Shown in pieces: positions 12,850-26,800 of a stretch of 64,000 bases of DNA; the stretch's first letter is position 1; each line of letters starts with the position of its first letter. The stretch covers positions 110,918,001 to 110,982,000 of the forward strand of contig OZ024743.1 in assembly GCA_964016885.1 (NCBI GenBank), read 5' to 3'. Below the pieces are notes generated by a model. The model did no database searches. It had not been told where the DNA came from and worked only from the letters and a program-made list of their open reading frames with translations. The DNA is from Eledone cirrhosa. Taxonomy: Eukaryota. Made by a program: the position numbers and the translations under genes.

Positions 12850-13075
12850 TAACAGCCGAGCTATGCATAAAGATTTTGCGCAAGCTATAAATATATATCA
12901 TATGAGTTCCTATTCAGATGTACTACATTGTCTGTCAAAGCTTACACGTCCCTCTCTAAATGTTGCAAAATATTTGCTGTACAGTTTCTGTTTAATCTTG
13001 GGCTCCTTCCAGGTAACATTCAGAACGGCTCATAAAACGGCATACGTGAAGTTGCAAAACTACTGATGGACTAAT
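12850..13075 (-). mobile_element. Highly decayed LINE C-terminal fragment
   Basis: Minus frame L*AVLNVTWKEPKIKQKLYSKY..FREGRVSFDRQC resembles RTE-like C-termini. Confidence 0.35.
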
Positions 13076-13724
13076 CGTTTTGTTATCAATTTACTTTGGG
13101 ATATTTGAATGTCTGGGACCATTGTATTTTTTAGATATTAAGCCTTCACTTGAAGAAAATTACAATAGCAGATAAAATGGACAAATTGATTATGTTAATA
13201 TTCATTAGTAATATAATGATCTTCAAGTGGGAAGAACAAATGTATTCCAGTAACGTATTTCGTTATTTATGCGACAGGTTTGACACATGTTTACAAATAG
13301 ATTAAGTATGTAGGAGTAAGCATAGCATCTTGTCGCATACATGATCTTTAATAATGATCACGAATCCATGCGATTCAAACGAATAAAGCATTAATTTAAT
13401 ACTCCGGCTTATATAATTTCGTGCTATAGAACATTTAGACAATTGTCATTAAATCAAATACTTCCTAATACTCGCAATATTATATAATACAGACCGATTT
13501 TTATTGAATTATGGTTCAATGAATCCAAAGTTTATAGATATCGCGTTAGTCAATTCTGATAGATTTGTAATAAATTCTGCCTGATAAATTCTGGCAAATA
13601 AATCTACCATTATGTGCGTTCAAACAATATCTGAAGAAAAAATAAATTCCGGCATACTCGATATTGTTGATTCTAGATTATAGTATCTTTTTTAATTAAA
13701 AAGTCTTATTATTAAGTATTGTTA

Positions 13725-14146
13725 GGGCGGTGGAGTGGCAGTATCGGTAGCGCGTCGGACACCATGCTTTGCAGCATTGAGTTACGCCCCTTTACGGTCT
13801 CAGTTCAAATCCTGCTGAGGTTAACTTTGCCTTTCATCCTTGCGGCGTCGATAAAATAAAGCACTAGCTACCTAGTGGGGTCGATTTAATAGACTTACCC
13901 CTCCCACAACTTGCTGACCTTGTGCCTATAGTAGAAATCATTATTAAGTATCTTGGGGCGGTGGATTGGCAGTATCGGTAGAGAGTCGGACGCCATGATT
14001 TCCAGCATAGTTACGTCCCTTTACGATCTGAGTTAAAATCCCGCCGAGGTTGACTTTGCCTTTCATCCTTACGGGGTCGATAAAATAAAGTACCAGTAAT
14101 GCACTGTTAATTGCTGGCCGTGTGCCTAAAGTAGAAACAATTATTA
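13725..14146 (+). mobile_element. Two tandem family-1 SINEs (13725-13946 and 13955-14146)
   Basis: Each begins gggcggtgga.tggcagtatcggtag; attattaagtat recurs before, between and after the copies. Confidence 0.85.
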
Positions 14147-15744
14147 AGTATCGTTTTTTATGAGATTGAATTTATGTTACCTTAAAGTTTCCCGCATCAA
14201 ACTAGGTATTTCACTAAGAAAGATAGTCCTAGAATATTAGGATATAACCCACTAGAAACGGAAAAGAATCGACAGCCTTTTCACGTCTCTAGATGCACAT
14301 ATGGCCAAATTATCCGAATAATTTTCTTTGTCGAAAACGTATTACCTTAGCTACATTCAAAATTTTATTTAATTGTGTTTCAGTGAATATAAATCTTTGT
14401 CGAATCCTTGCCTTCTAAATCTGGTATAATGGTATTTGCACTGCTAAATATATTCAACTGTAATTCAGAAATATTTCCTCTAAATGTGTTGCAACTCTCA
14501 AAATAAAGTGTTGTTTGCTTTAATGTGTTGAAACAAGCCATCGTTTGTCATTTTTATTATGGTGTTGTTGTTTTTTTTTAATTTAAACATGTTTGCATTC
14601 TACTCATAACGATTTATTCAGCAAATATATTGAGTTCCTGCTTATGTATATATCCTAAAGTACCCATATGCGGAAGATGACGTTGAGGCAACAAAATGGA
14701 AAAGTTTATTGTTAATCGTTTGAAGCAGTTTCTTCGTTGTGTGTAAATCATATTTAAACTAAATGTGTAATAGAATACCATACAAATTGATTATGGAATA
14801 AATTTTCCATTGATTTCTTTAACCAGAAATGTTAGTGACTTTTATTTCATAACACCATGTGTTATTATCAATCATTTTTATTGCATTCATTCGATGACAT
14901 AAATACTAAATTGCATTATTTATTAAGTGATAAAATGCTACATTTCTAGCAATACATGACTAGGCAATGATCCGATTACATATTATAAAAACATCACTTC
15001 AGTTATAAACTAAATAAGTGAAATACAAACATAGAATAGCGTGCTGAAAAGAAAAACTATAAAGACGAATAACAATTGACGGAAAATATATTCTGATTAT
15101 TAATAATATTCTAGACAGATGATGATGCCATGAAAATGAATCATCAGTGGGACAGATATTTACAATTTATCTCGGAACATAATTGGAAAATATATGTTTC
15201 AATGATTCTTTGAAACAATATTAATACCAAAGTAACCGGATTCACAATGAACTGTCAATATGCAGAACTGCCAAATCTACATAAACTCATATACACATGC
15301 ATGTGTTTCTAATATATGAGAAAAATATGAAAAAATATGAAAACAAATGTAAAAGTGAATTGTTAATTTTTTTAATAGGCCGTTATGATAATAAATGAAA
15401 GGCATCATCATCATCATCATCATTCATATATATTTTCTACGTTATTTCTTTTATTCTGACACGCATCATATTACACAAATGAGAAAAACATACTTATTCA
15501 TATATTCTGTCTTTATAATTGGTGATTTTATGTTTCAGGTGTAAAAATTAGAGAATATAATGAAAGGTGTACATTGAAAATATATGTTTCCGTACAAGTA
15601 TTTAAGTGTGATATCGTGGGCTGTAGTTGTAAGATGTTGAAAACAACGATGAATGCGTAAATCTATATAAACTTTTTATGACAATAGTCGAATGGTTTAT
15701 TTCATGAAATTGTAATAAAGTAACTATGGAATGGTTGCTGTGCC

Positions 15745-16267
15745 ATATCAAATCGCTCTAGGTTCGGCAGCTTTCAACAAGAACAAGGAAGTACTAACAT
15801 CAAAACTAGTAGATTATCCTTTGAAGGCTAAGATCTTTGATACTTACATCCTACCAGTTGTGTTGTATGGTCTTGGCTGTGTTAATTGGATGACACGGTC
15901 ACTTCCCAATCTCTCTACATTCTAGAACCACATCATGAGACTATGACTGGCAAGGGGCTCAGCGACAGTATATGTATCAGTGAGCTGCTCAACATTACCA
16001 ATTGCCAAGTCTAGAGTACTCAAAATATACGGTCATATAAAAAGATCAACTTGTGGTGTGAGTAGGTTATGACTGGAAAGAAGGTTCGCTGGTAACAGAA
16101 GCAGAGGCCGGCAGACTAGATAAAGGTTTGACAATGTCAATTTATGGACTGGACTTGAACTTTGCTCTTTGAACTTTGGTGCTGGTGATCGAACATTGTG
16201 GAGAGAGATATCACATGTTAATGCACAGTCTGCAACTGGCGAAGTTTAGCGTCAAAAGAAGAAGAAC
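15745..16267 (+). mobile_element. 5'-truncated RTE-like LINE 3' end
   Basis: IALGSAAFNK..LKAKIFDTYILPVVLYG..YGHIKR..GNRSRGRQ; short (AAG) tail. Confidence 0.7.
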
Positions 16268-19182
16268 TTATGATGTGTTATAATTCTAAAATGAAACACA
16301 AATGTCAAAATGGTAATCTGATTTATTTGATATTATACGCTTTGATTAATAATTTGTCGTAGCAATAAGACAGTGTTTAAGCATAATAGAGGCGGAGATA
16401 AAGCCATATATAAACATATAATGTTAGTATAGAGAAGAGATAATTTGTATAAAGCTATATTGACGGTAGTCTACAGTGCAAATAATAATATGATATACAC
16501 TATAGCGTATTGTATGCCAGAGTTTTCTGAGTGAATGTCACTGACGAATGCTTAATGAATCTTGAAAGAGCGTTGTCTGATACTCTTAGAATATACAGGC
16601 AACACTATGATACATTCATAGTGGAAAATTGAACAAACCTTTTCTTTTTTTCATTTCTTTGCGTTTTTGTTTAGCCGGAAAAAAATATTTTTCTTCGGCA
16701 GCAAGGCTTCCCATACGTTTATTGTATATACACGTATTATATAAGTGTACATACGAAGATCGGCTGACACATTCATAGACAGAATATAAAGGAGTAAAAT
16801 CCTGCATACTTGTCAGTAACTGCATTGCTTCCTACTAGAGACTATGTTGAAAAATAAACCTCATCCCGTTATTCAATGAGAGTATCTTGGTCAGCCAATG
16901 AAGATATCAGCTGACCCTCGTTTGCATTCATAAGCACCTCTATGTTGATGAATAATTCGTAAAGAGCGGCCATAAAAGACCAGGTGCCTATTTCCATCTC
17001 GTAGCACAATGCCGTTATGCCAGTTTTTAGGTCCACATGGATCGTTTAATATTTCTTACCGCACGGTTGAAAGCAACGAATGCAACAACCATTTGGGAAG
17101 TGTCCTGTTAATTTGCGGGTCCATCTGAAATAATTAAATGATCAAATGCTAAACTATTCCAAACAGTTGTCAGCTTTGATCTTTACTGTAAACTAATTTA
17201 TTTCTGTATTTTTCTCTTTATCATCATTCTTATACCAAATTTCTCTGTGTAATCTTTCTTTAAACTAAGCAACAGAATTTGATGTGTAAGTTTATAATCA
17301 CCGAATTTATCATTTCATAAAGTGAAACATAATATGATCTATTTTAAGCAACATATTAAGAGATAACTTCTGTACAAAACAAATTTAATCAATATGCAAA
17401 ACACAGTATTCTGGCCATGTTATTACGATAAACTGGAGAACACTAAACTTACAATTGATGCTTTCAGGAAGTTCTGTTTAGTGAAATTGGTTTATATCAA
17501 TATTGGATCGATACAACTGTCTCTTTGCTAATATTGAACGGACAATAGTGCTTGTTGTTGAATACTAAATTGATATTAATACATGGGTCTCTTGCACTGC
17601 CACTCAATACTGTTGTCAATGTACGATTCAATAATACCTTAGTCTCATTGGTAATTTTAAAAAATCGGAAAAGTGAGGCAAAAAAAAAAAGGACGTCCAG
17701 ATACATCGAATAATTATATTATATGTCTTGAAATAAATTATTTGCTTCCTTTTACCCTTCTGTCAGAAAAAATGAATTGTAAAATGCTAAGCAGATCTAT
17801 GAAGTCGTTTAAAAGACGAGAGTAGCCTGCATAAATTATAAATGTAGGTAGATGACAATGGGGTATATTGGTCAAATGAGAATGACATCTGTGGAATAGT
17901 ATCATAAATAAAAGGTGTATAATCACTTCGCTTTTAGATTTCATGAAGGTTTAGTAATACAGGACGTTACTCTAATTGTGAGAATATGCGATACACAATT
18001 GTAAGATCTTGTGCTTTTTTGTGTACATATCAGCAACCTAAAGCTCGGTGTATGGGATGGTCCCATAGCGTGCAGAAAGAGATGTGCAAACCGTTTCGGG
18101 ATTCCTTCAGTGAGAATGAAGAAAGCGTTGACCCGTGGAGACGATTTGAAATTGTCATTTCGGCTCGATTCAGCACGTTGCTACATCTGCCCCTATAGCT
18201 GTGTGTTGGCAAGTTGTACGGAAGCTAATATGTCGTGCATTCTCCACGCTAATATTCCAATGAGAAACCCGTCGAAATATTTCCGATACAGTATTCGATG
18301 TTCAGGTTGCATGATGTATATGTACATCCTTTGATTGGTAATAATATTATTTTCGTTTATATTATTATGCTCAATTATAGGAAATCTCAGATTCGGTGTA
18401 TCTGTAAAGAAACCTAATTGAACAATTATTTGTTTAAGCCTGTTGTAATTAAGCTAGTATGATTTGGATAGCCATTTGACTTCAATATTCAGCTGAGTAT
18501 AGGTACAACGGTCCATCAAATTTTCCCTTTTCTGTCCCCGATTTTCTGTCCCAGAATTATAGCAGATTGTTATTTCTCTCTAGCTTTCAATATTTCAAAC
18601 TATAAAAAATTATTCATAACATATTATTTCATATGGTATGTATCACAATGTCCTATATATTATCCAACGCAGAAACTCACACAAACCACACACATAGACA
18701 CAGCATATATTCACAAACACAATCACCCCCCCCCCCCTCCCACACACACACACACTCGTATACGTAAAGTTGTATATCTGGTAACATACGGTATATTTAT
18801 GGATAAACATTTAGAAAGCCTTCAGCTATGATAGCGTAGCGCAATCTAGTATGTTCTAACAGAAGCTAAGTACGAACAACTAGTGGTGATGACTAGTACT
18901 GCCGCCCGCTTAATATTGGAACATAATATGAGCTAGAACATACAGTTTATATGAAATATATATGTATATATATATATGTATATATATATATATAGAGAGA
19001 GAGAGAATTTAGTATATCTACTAACATATGCGTACAGATGTACTCTAATGCCAGCAAATACACAGGTTATGTCATAGTACCTAGGTGGTTCGATGCAGGA
19101 GGATGCAGAACAATAATATAAAAGACGTAAAATAAGAAAATTTAAAATTTTTTTTAAAATCAACTTACTTACTAAAATGTTC

Positions 19183-19264
19183 ACTCCAACTAATTAGTTT
19201 CTGCAATGGGATAAAGACAGTTACGTAATCTAACTGTCGAGAATTCATTGCGTCATCAGGGAGT
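19183..19264 (-). ncRNA. Type I hammerhead ribozyme motif (left arm)
   Basis: Reverse complement of the motif at 20185. Confidence 0.85.
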
Positions 19265-20184
19265 CTATTCTCAGCTAAGTCTCCAGGCAATGCGCGGACA
19301 CTGGGGACTCATATGAAAATAATAATAATTCGGTAGATGGAACAGCTAGCGGGGACTAAATTCCATGCACTGAAATCCTCGCTGCCTCTGGTCAAATGGC
19401 AGATTCTAAAGAATCAATCACGTGACACTGAGGCTAGTCGGTAGGAGTGGGATGGTAAGATGACAGAAGCCTACTATCACACCAATAAATTAGTAGTGGT
19501 TTTGGCAGGTTTGCTCGACAAATAAGTAATTTGGAGATAAATATAGAGAATTTAGTATATCTACTAACAAATGCGTACAGATGTACGCTAATGCCAGCAA
19601 ATACACTGGTTATGTCATAGTACCTAGGTGGGTCGATGCAGGAGGATGCAGAACAATAATATAAAAGACGTAAAGTAAGAAAATTTTAAAAAATTTAAAA
19701 AATTTAAAAATCAACTTAGTAAAATCAATTTTAGTAAGTAAGTTGATTTTAAAAAATTTTTAAAATTTTCTTATTTTACGTCTTTTATATTATTGTTCTG
19801 CATCCTCCTGCATCGAACCACCTAGGTACTATGATATAACCTGTGTATTTGCTGGCATTAGCGTACATCTGTACGCATATGTTAGTAGATATACTAAATT
19901 CTCTATATTTATCTCCAAATTACTTATTTGTCGAGCAAACCTGCCAAAACCACTACTAATTTATTGGTGTGATAGTAGGCTTCTGTCATCTTACCAACCC
20001 ACTCCTACCGACTAGCCTCAGTGCCACGTGATTGATTCTTTAGAATCTGCCATTTGACCAGAGGCAGCGAGGATTTGAGTGCATGGAATTCAGTCCCCGC
20101 TAGCTGTTCCATCTACCGAATTATTATTTTTTTTATATGAGTCCCCAGTGTCCGCGCATTGCCTGGAGACTTAGCTGAAAATAG

Positions 20185-20266
20185 ACTCCCTGATGACGCA
20201 ATGAATTCTCGACAGTTACCTAATCTAACTGTCTTTATCCCATTGCAGAAACTAATTAGTTGGAGT
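20185..20266 (+). ncRNA. Type I hammerhead ribozyme motif (right arm)
   Basis: ACTCC-CTGATGA-cGCAATG..GACAGTTA/TAACTGTC..CATTGCa-GAAA-CTAATTAG-TT-GGAGT. Confidence 0.88.
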
Positions 20267-20328
20267 GAAAATTTTAGTAAGTAAGTTGATTTTTTAATTT
20301 TTTTTTAACTTTCTTATTTTATTACTTT

Positions 20329-20644
<316 letters not shown>

Positions 20645-22574
20645 TATATATATATATATATATAAACACACACACACATCAAAACAATAACAAAAGACCG
20701 GACTCGAACATTTAATTCCGAATTTGTATTCCGCAAAAACACTCATACTTATTTTGATGGTCCAGCACTGTTATTATCAGATTATAATGGAAGGCTAAAC
20801 GATTTCACCAGATGGCATTTGCAGAATTATGAAACAGGATTATTTTGAACCCAAACAAAGAATGGATGATGGAAGATACGAAAACAATATATATGAGAAT
20901 TACATAAACATGCTTTTGTCGTAGGATACGACACCGTAAAATTACTATGGAATTGTATCACACTAGAAGGTCACCGTATAGTACATGCATAGGATTTTAT
21001 TCCATGAAAGTGTGAGTGAAAGTCATGTAAAATTAATAGGACCGATGAATCTTTTGAATTTATAATTGCTAAGTGAATGGTAAATAAAATATATTATCAG
21101 TAAGTTGTGTGCCATAACTAGGTGGCGATATAATTACGCAACTCAAGACACAATAAACGATTCTTTAAATTTAACTGAAATCAAGTAACATAATCTCATA
21201 ATTATATAGACCAAATTCACAATGAAACATACGTCAGAAAGATGTTAATAAACGGGATTGATTAGAAGTAACTTGTTTTGAACAAAAACAAACAGAAATG
21301 TTGTTCTTCATTTTAAAGGATGGGAATAGCTAAATCAGAGGCAGGATTGTGTGGAATCAGAACGAAATTTTGAATAAAGAAAAAATGTAAGTGCTAAGTC
21401 ATATTTGGATTAAAGTAAACTCTGTTAAAATGATGGCAATAAACGACACCAACATGTAATACAAGGAACGACTAACCAGCGTAGAAATACATAACACATA
21501 TCTTAGCTTGGCTGATATGCCTAGACATTAAAGTTAAAGGAATGCTGAATGCAGCTAAACATCATTGAAACAATATTATCGCTGAATCTACAAAACCATT
21601 CCTAGAAGCCAAGTCTATTAACAGTGCAATATAATGTGACGACTAACGATGAAAACATATTAACTTCATTTTCTTTGTCTATCTACTCGTAGGAAATATA
21701 CATCATCTAACATATGTTGCTTTGGAAATAATACTAGCCATATGAAACATCACCTGAAAATATGTGCTGTGGGATATGCCAAAGCACAGATATTCAGATT
21801 AAGGATATTTGAAATATTGCTCCAATGAAGAGAGGTAATTTTCTTTTTAAAAATGTGCCTCCTTAGCGGAAATTTGGCTAAACTCAAAAATGAAGGATGT
21901 AAATTATGGCCGAAATATGAATATCTGTAAATAGCGATTGGCGGTATATGGGGATTGAATATAAAATTCCAAACCCGTAATAATAGTTGTTTCGTATATG
22001 TGTTTGACAACGTTCCGACGATGATGGCTCCAGCTGTTCCGACAACGCAACACTTAAATCGTAACATAAATGTGAAAAGAACTGAGAATTTCCCAGACAT
22101 AGTTCCCAGGAAACATCAACGTTACTCACTGAGTGGTTATCCAGACACTTGAATTAATGTTACAGTCCATTTTTTTTATAAACAAGTGTGTTGGAGCAGG
22201 GTTAAGTAAGTACTCTTAGTTAAGATGAGAATAAGAAGCAAGGAATATGACCAGTGTTCATCCGATTGTTAACCGAATACATTAACAAGAAAATCACGTC
22301 GATACTTGTTATATATTAAAACTAATGCAGACAACTACTTAAATAAAACATATAAGAGTAACAGAAATAGACACGGTGACTATAGTCGTACAGACATATA
22401 CTGCACAAATACTATTTACAGATTGCTGAAAAGGAAAACTCAGAATTTAAATAAAGCGCGGTATGTACATTGAAAGGGATAGTGTATAGAGAAAGACAGC
22501 CATGAAAAATATGAATTCTGAAATGACAACAGCATCAATAATAAACACATTACCATTACTAGTGATGGTTATGG

Positions 22575-22585
22575 TGGTGCTGCTG

Positions 22586-22667
<82 letters not shown>

Positions 22668-22680
22668 AACTACTACCACC
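22575..22680. repeat. (CTG)n(CTA)n trinucleotide microsatellite
   Basis: Direct reading. Confidence 0.9.
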
Positions 22681-22799
22681 ACACATATTATTGGTAATAA
22701 TGATTTCATTTATTGGCCACAAGGGCCGACATATAGGGGACAATACAAAAGACTGGGACAGTGGGGTTTTACAGAAAAATTGAGTAAACAATATGAATA

Positions 22800-24545
22800 A
22801 CAATAACAAAGTAACAAGAAAAATACAACAAGAAAAATTCCACAATAGGGGGGATGACCACTCAGGGTTCGCTCAGGTACCCCACCAATCCTGAACGACC
22901 CGACGCTTCGAGAGCACCCTGGAAGGGCACCCCTCTCCTCCTCAAATTTACCCACCTACAGGCGCATGACCAGAGTAGGCCTAGTCACACGGGCCATTCT
23001 CGCTACATTCACCCACCTTTCAGCAAGTGTACTGGGGAGCAGCACTTCTCTCTCCCACCCTCACCTTCATTTCCAAGTGAAACTTGAAAAAGTTGATGAG
23101 GGATTCGCTGAAGAGAAAAGTGTCTCTCTTCAGTACTTTCAACCTCGTCCACCATACAACCTCTTTCTCTACTGCCACCAGACAGAGGAAAATTGCCTGC
23201 ACTTCCTGGTCAAAAGAAGGCGGCGGATCGATTTTCACTATTGACTCGGCCGATAGCCGGATCCGTTCTACACGCGACAACAGCTGTTCGACATAACTTC
23301 ACAAGTCAATAATACAGGGACACTGGACGAGTGTGTGCATAACGGTTTCGATGAGTGTGTGCATAACGCGCATCTCGGGCAGGTTTTTCTGACAGCACTT
23401 CCGTGCCTGTAGAGTTTATCTCGAACCGGCAGTGCCCCCGGTAGCACTGTCGAGCGAGGGATTTTTGGAAATGATCCCTCGTCCCCGGCTCGAAAGTGCT
23501 CCGGAACAGACTGGTTAGTTCGACATCGTCGACTCCCAGAGCCTCTCCGAGTGCGTCGTCGCACTTGCCCAACACTAATCCTCTATAGAACTCGAAAGTG
23601 GAAATTCCACTGATCGCATTGCTCGCCTGGTACAGGGCAGTGAGTGCCTGGCAATATTGCAGATGCCAATCACCCAGTCTCCGTCTCTTCTTTACCCAGG
23701 ACTGCAGCTCAGTCAAAGAGACGAGCCGCGGAATGGCCCGTCTGACAAACGGTGACTACACCTGTTCACCGTTTAAGCAGAATATCTGGAGATGCCGCAG
23801 CGTCCGCGCTTGTCTGCGCATCATTAGCCACGGTATGCCCAGCCCTCCACGTAGAGAGTACTGGCAGCATATGAACTGCCTCACCAGCGGAACCTGACCC
23901 CTCCACAAAATTTGAAGAGCAGCCACTCCAAGATGGCGAAGCGCGAACAGGGGCAAGGGTCGACGGTCAGACGGTCGTAGATGATGGACGCGATGTACGC
24001 GCTGGCCACCTCCACCCGACCTTTCAGTGATAGCTTCCTTCAGCCCATTTCTGGGTGAGACTGGCTACCCTGGCCGTCACCTCGTCCTAATTCTTATCCA
24101 CCTGGAGGTCTGGCCCGAACCAAACCCCGAGCATCTTTACCGGTCCGTCGGTCCAGCGCCTAACGACGCTATTGGAAGGCATAGACTTACCTCTCCAGGT
24201 GCCGAGTTGCAAGCCCACTGACTTTTTCGGGTTAAATCTTGCTCCGTCAACCTTTCATATTCCTCCAATAAGTTGCCGACCACCTCGATTTCTGAGGTGT
24301 CCGACACCAGCACGGTGATGTCGTCCGCATAAGCCGACACAGCCTTTCCGCGTCCCCGTTCGAGCGGGATGCCCTGCAACAGCTCCAGCTTCCGTGGTAA
24401 AGTCTCGAGAGTCAATACGTACAGAAGGGAGGAGAGAGGGCACCCTTGACGGACCGATCCGGAGACCTGAAACGTTTCCGAGAGATGGCCATTAATTTTG
24501 ACCACCGAGCAGGTGCCACTGTTCATTGCAGCGATCCACCAGTTT
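22800..24545 (-). mobile_element. Tx1/L1-like LINE, RT and C-terminal part, frameshifted
   Basis: SVRQGCPLSSLLYVLTLE..SAYADDITV (RT); GGLGIP; ALPVRDKL..CPRC (C-terminal Cys motif). Confidence 0.85.
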
Positions 24546-24554
24546 AACATTATT

Positions 24555-24686
24555 GATAATAACAATAATAGTTTTTGATTGAGGGACAAGGCCAGAAATT
24601 TGAAGGAGGGGGGGGGGAGTTGATTAAAGCGACCCCAGTGTATCATCGGTACTTTATTTTACGACCCCGTAAGGATGAAAGGCAAT
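24555..24686 (-). mobile_element. Partial family-1 SINE
   Basis: gtactttattttacgaccccgtaaggatgaaaggcaa. Confidence 0.7.
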
Positions 24687-24689
24687 GCT

Positions 24690-26800
24690 AATGACCGCAC
24701 CAATCCTAAAGCACCCTTCTCTCTAAAATATCCAGCTAACTGGTGCACGATCAGAGTACGCCCATTTTCAAGCACTATCCTCACTGCATTCAACCAAAGT
24801 ACTGGGGAGCAATACATGCCCATCCACTCTCACCTTCCTCTTAAGATCCTTAACGAGGGCTTGGTCAAAAAATAAATTGTCTTTCTTCTGTCCGTTCTGT
24901 CGCGTCCACCCGGCAGAGGAAAACTGCCTGCCCGTCCTGATCAAAAGAAAGCGGTGGGGTGCCCTTTACAATGAACTCGGCCGTAAGCCAGATCTGTTCT
25001 ACACGCGATAATATCAGTTCCACAATTAGTCATATGTCCGTAATGGACCAAGATTGAACAAATGCATGTAAAACTCATCGTCACTCTGTTCACATCTCGC
25101 ACAGATCCATCTGACCCCACTTCCTTTCCTGTAGAGTTTATTCCGAAACTGTAGTGTTCCCCTGTAGCACAGCCAATCAGGGTATTTCTAATTTATCCAT
25201 AGTCAGTGGAAGTAGATGACAGATGCCATTTACGAGTTCAGCAATTCGACCTGACATTTCAGGGATAGTTCCTCTCGACCAATTATACTTCTCCTTGAGA
25301 GTGCCCCCCCCCCCCTATGCCATACATCACCCCAGTTTTTTTCAGCCTGGTGTTCTGGGACAAACTAGGTCCCGAGTAACTTCAGCGGTCTGTGTGTCCA
25401 GTGACCGGCAACGCTATTGAACGGCTAATCTTTGCTTCTCCAGACGGTGAATCCAGCAAATTTTCCAGGATGATATTTGCTCCAGTCAACCACGCATACT
25501 AGTCAAAGTAATTCCCAACTAACTCGATTACCAAGGTGTTCGACACCATCAAGGTGATATCATCCATATAATGCCCTACAGCAAATCCAATTTCTGTGGC
25601 AATGGCCCGAGAAATAATACATAGAGAAGGTTTTCTTTTATGGAACTGTTCAGTTTTGTGCACGACTTGTCCTTCTCTACTAGGCGCCAACCTCGTTGAT
25701 GGCACTTTCACCAAATTCCTAAACTGTGTTTAGCAGAGTTAACGGCCTATTTTGAAAGTCTAGTCAGGTACTTGAGGCTTTTTCAATCGCGACTTTCATC
25801 TGCTACTCGTACACTGAGCGTTCAAGATGACATCCCAGCCGCCTGCTAAGAGTAAATGATGAGAGCTTCCTGGAAAGCCTTCTAGAAATCTTATGAATCC
25901 CGCCGTCAATCCCGACTAGATAGTAGACGGCAGCCCATCCAAAGTCACCGCCAGCGCACTTGTTCACGTCTAGGACGACACATTTTCAGTTTGTGTCCAG
26001 GATGATCGTCTGTACTTCGAGATGCCGGAGAGGGCTGTGCTCCTCTATGTTGGGGACAGAAACCTCTCAAGATGCCCGTCTAACCACAAAATGGCAACGG
26101 GGAATCTTTCCTTTAAAGCTGATGTAGTGATCTACTCTAGCTCACGAGAGAATCAAATCTGGGATTTTTTCGATCTGTTCTGCATTGATTGAGGGATAAC
26201 GACCACAGTGATTCCAGACCATTTTACTTTTGTTTTCCTCTTTTTCATCTCGAGGAGGGTGTCGTTCAACAGGAGGATAACAGTCCTTCTTCCAAATTAC
26301 GCCGGATATATATTATATATATATGATAAATGTGTCTGTACGGCACAGGAGTGTAGAATGTTTGTTGTTTGCTTCTTCTGATGTGTGTTGTTGCAGTGGA
26401 TTTTTGGTGGTTGTGTTGTTCCTGGCACTGGTGGGAGTGTTGGTGTAGGAAGAGCCATTCCTCTTGTTAGTAATGTTGATTTTATTCATTACCCTCCTTG
26501 GTTTTTTTCTGCGATACTGTTGGTAGTGCTGAAATGTTTACCAGCGGGCAATGGGTTTCATAATTTTCTCGTGCTGAAGTGTTGTCGCTGTTGCTGCTGC
26601 TGTCGGTGCTGCTATTAATGTTGATGAACGTCACTGACTTTAACAATGTTGCTGTTCCATTCTGCGGAAGTCTGTCACTTACATTGAGAAGACGTACACT
26701 CCACGTCCACCATCTTCGTTTTTTTTGTAATTGAGGGTAGAGTTTGATAAACAACCTCGACTTCAGCCCCTATGGGTTGCCGTTAGAGTTAATCTAACTC
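24690..26800 (-). mobile_element. Second, internally deleted and decayed Tx1/L1-like LINE copy
   Basis: 24690-25200 parallels 22870-23500; YMDDITLMVSNTLVIELVG at 25499-25714; ORF1-like start near 26750. Confidence 0.6.

Larger units (their letters stand above)
19002..20328. mobile_element. Retrozyme-like element: 543-bp non-coding unit, ~1.3 units on minus plus ~1.1 units on plus in inverted arrangement
   Basis: agagaatttagtatatc at 19002 and 19545; aattttagtaagtaag at 19727 and 20270; inversion at ~19726; one HHR per arm; (TA)n flanks. Confidence 0.85.

Noticed and set aside
16535-16582. CTGACGA..GAAAGAGCGT hammerhead-like spacing
   Set aside because: Stems I and II are mostly mismatched
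17045-17125. Minus-strand acceptor followed by WTRKLTGHFPNGCCIRCFQPCGKKY*
   Set aside because: Too short, no recognisable homology and no partner exons, so it cannot be supported
18085-18115. Minus-strand CTGAAGG-AATCCC-GAAACGGTT
   Set aside because: No stem II and only a 2-bp stem I; likely chance
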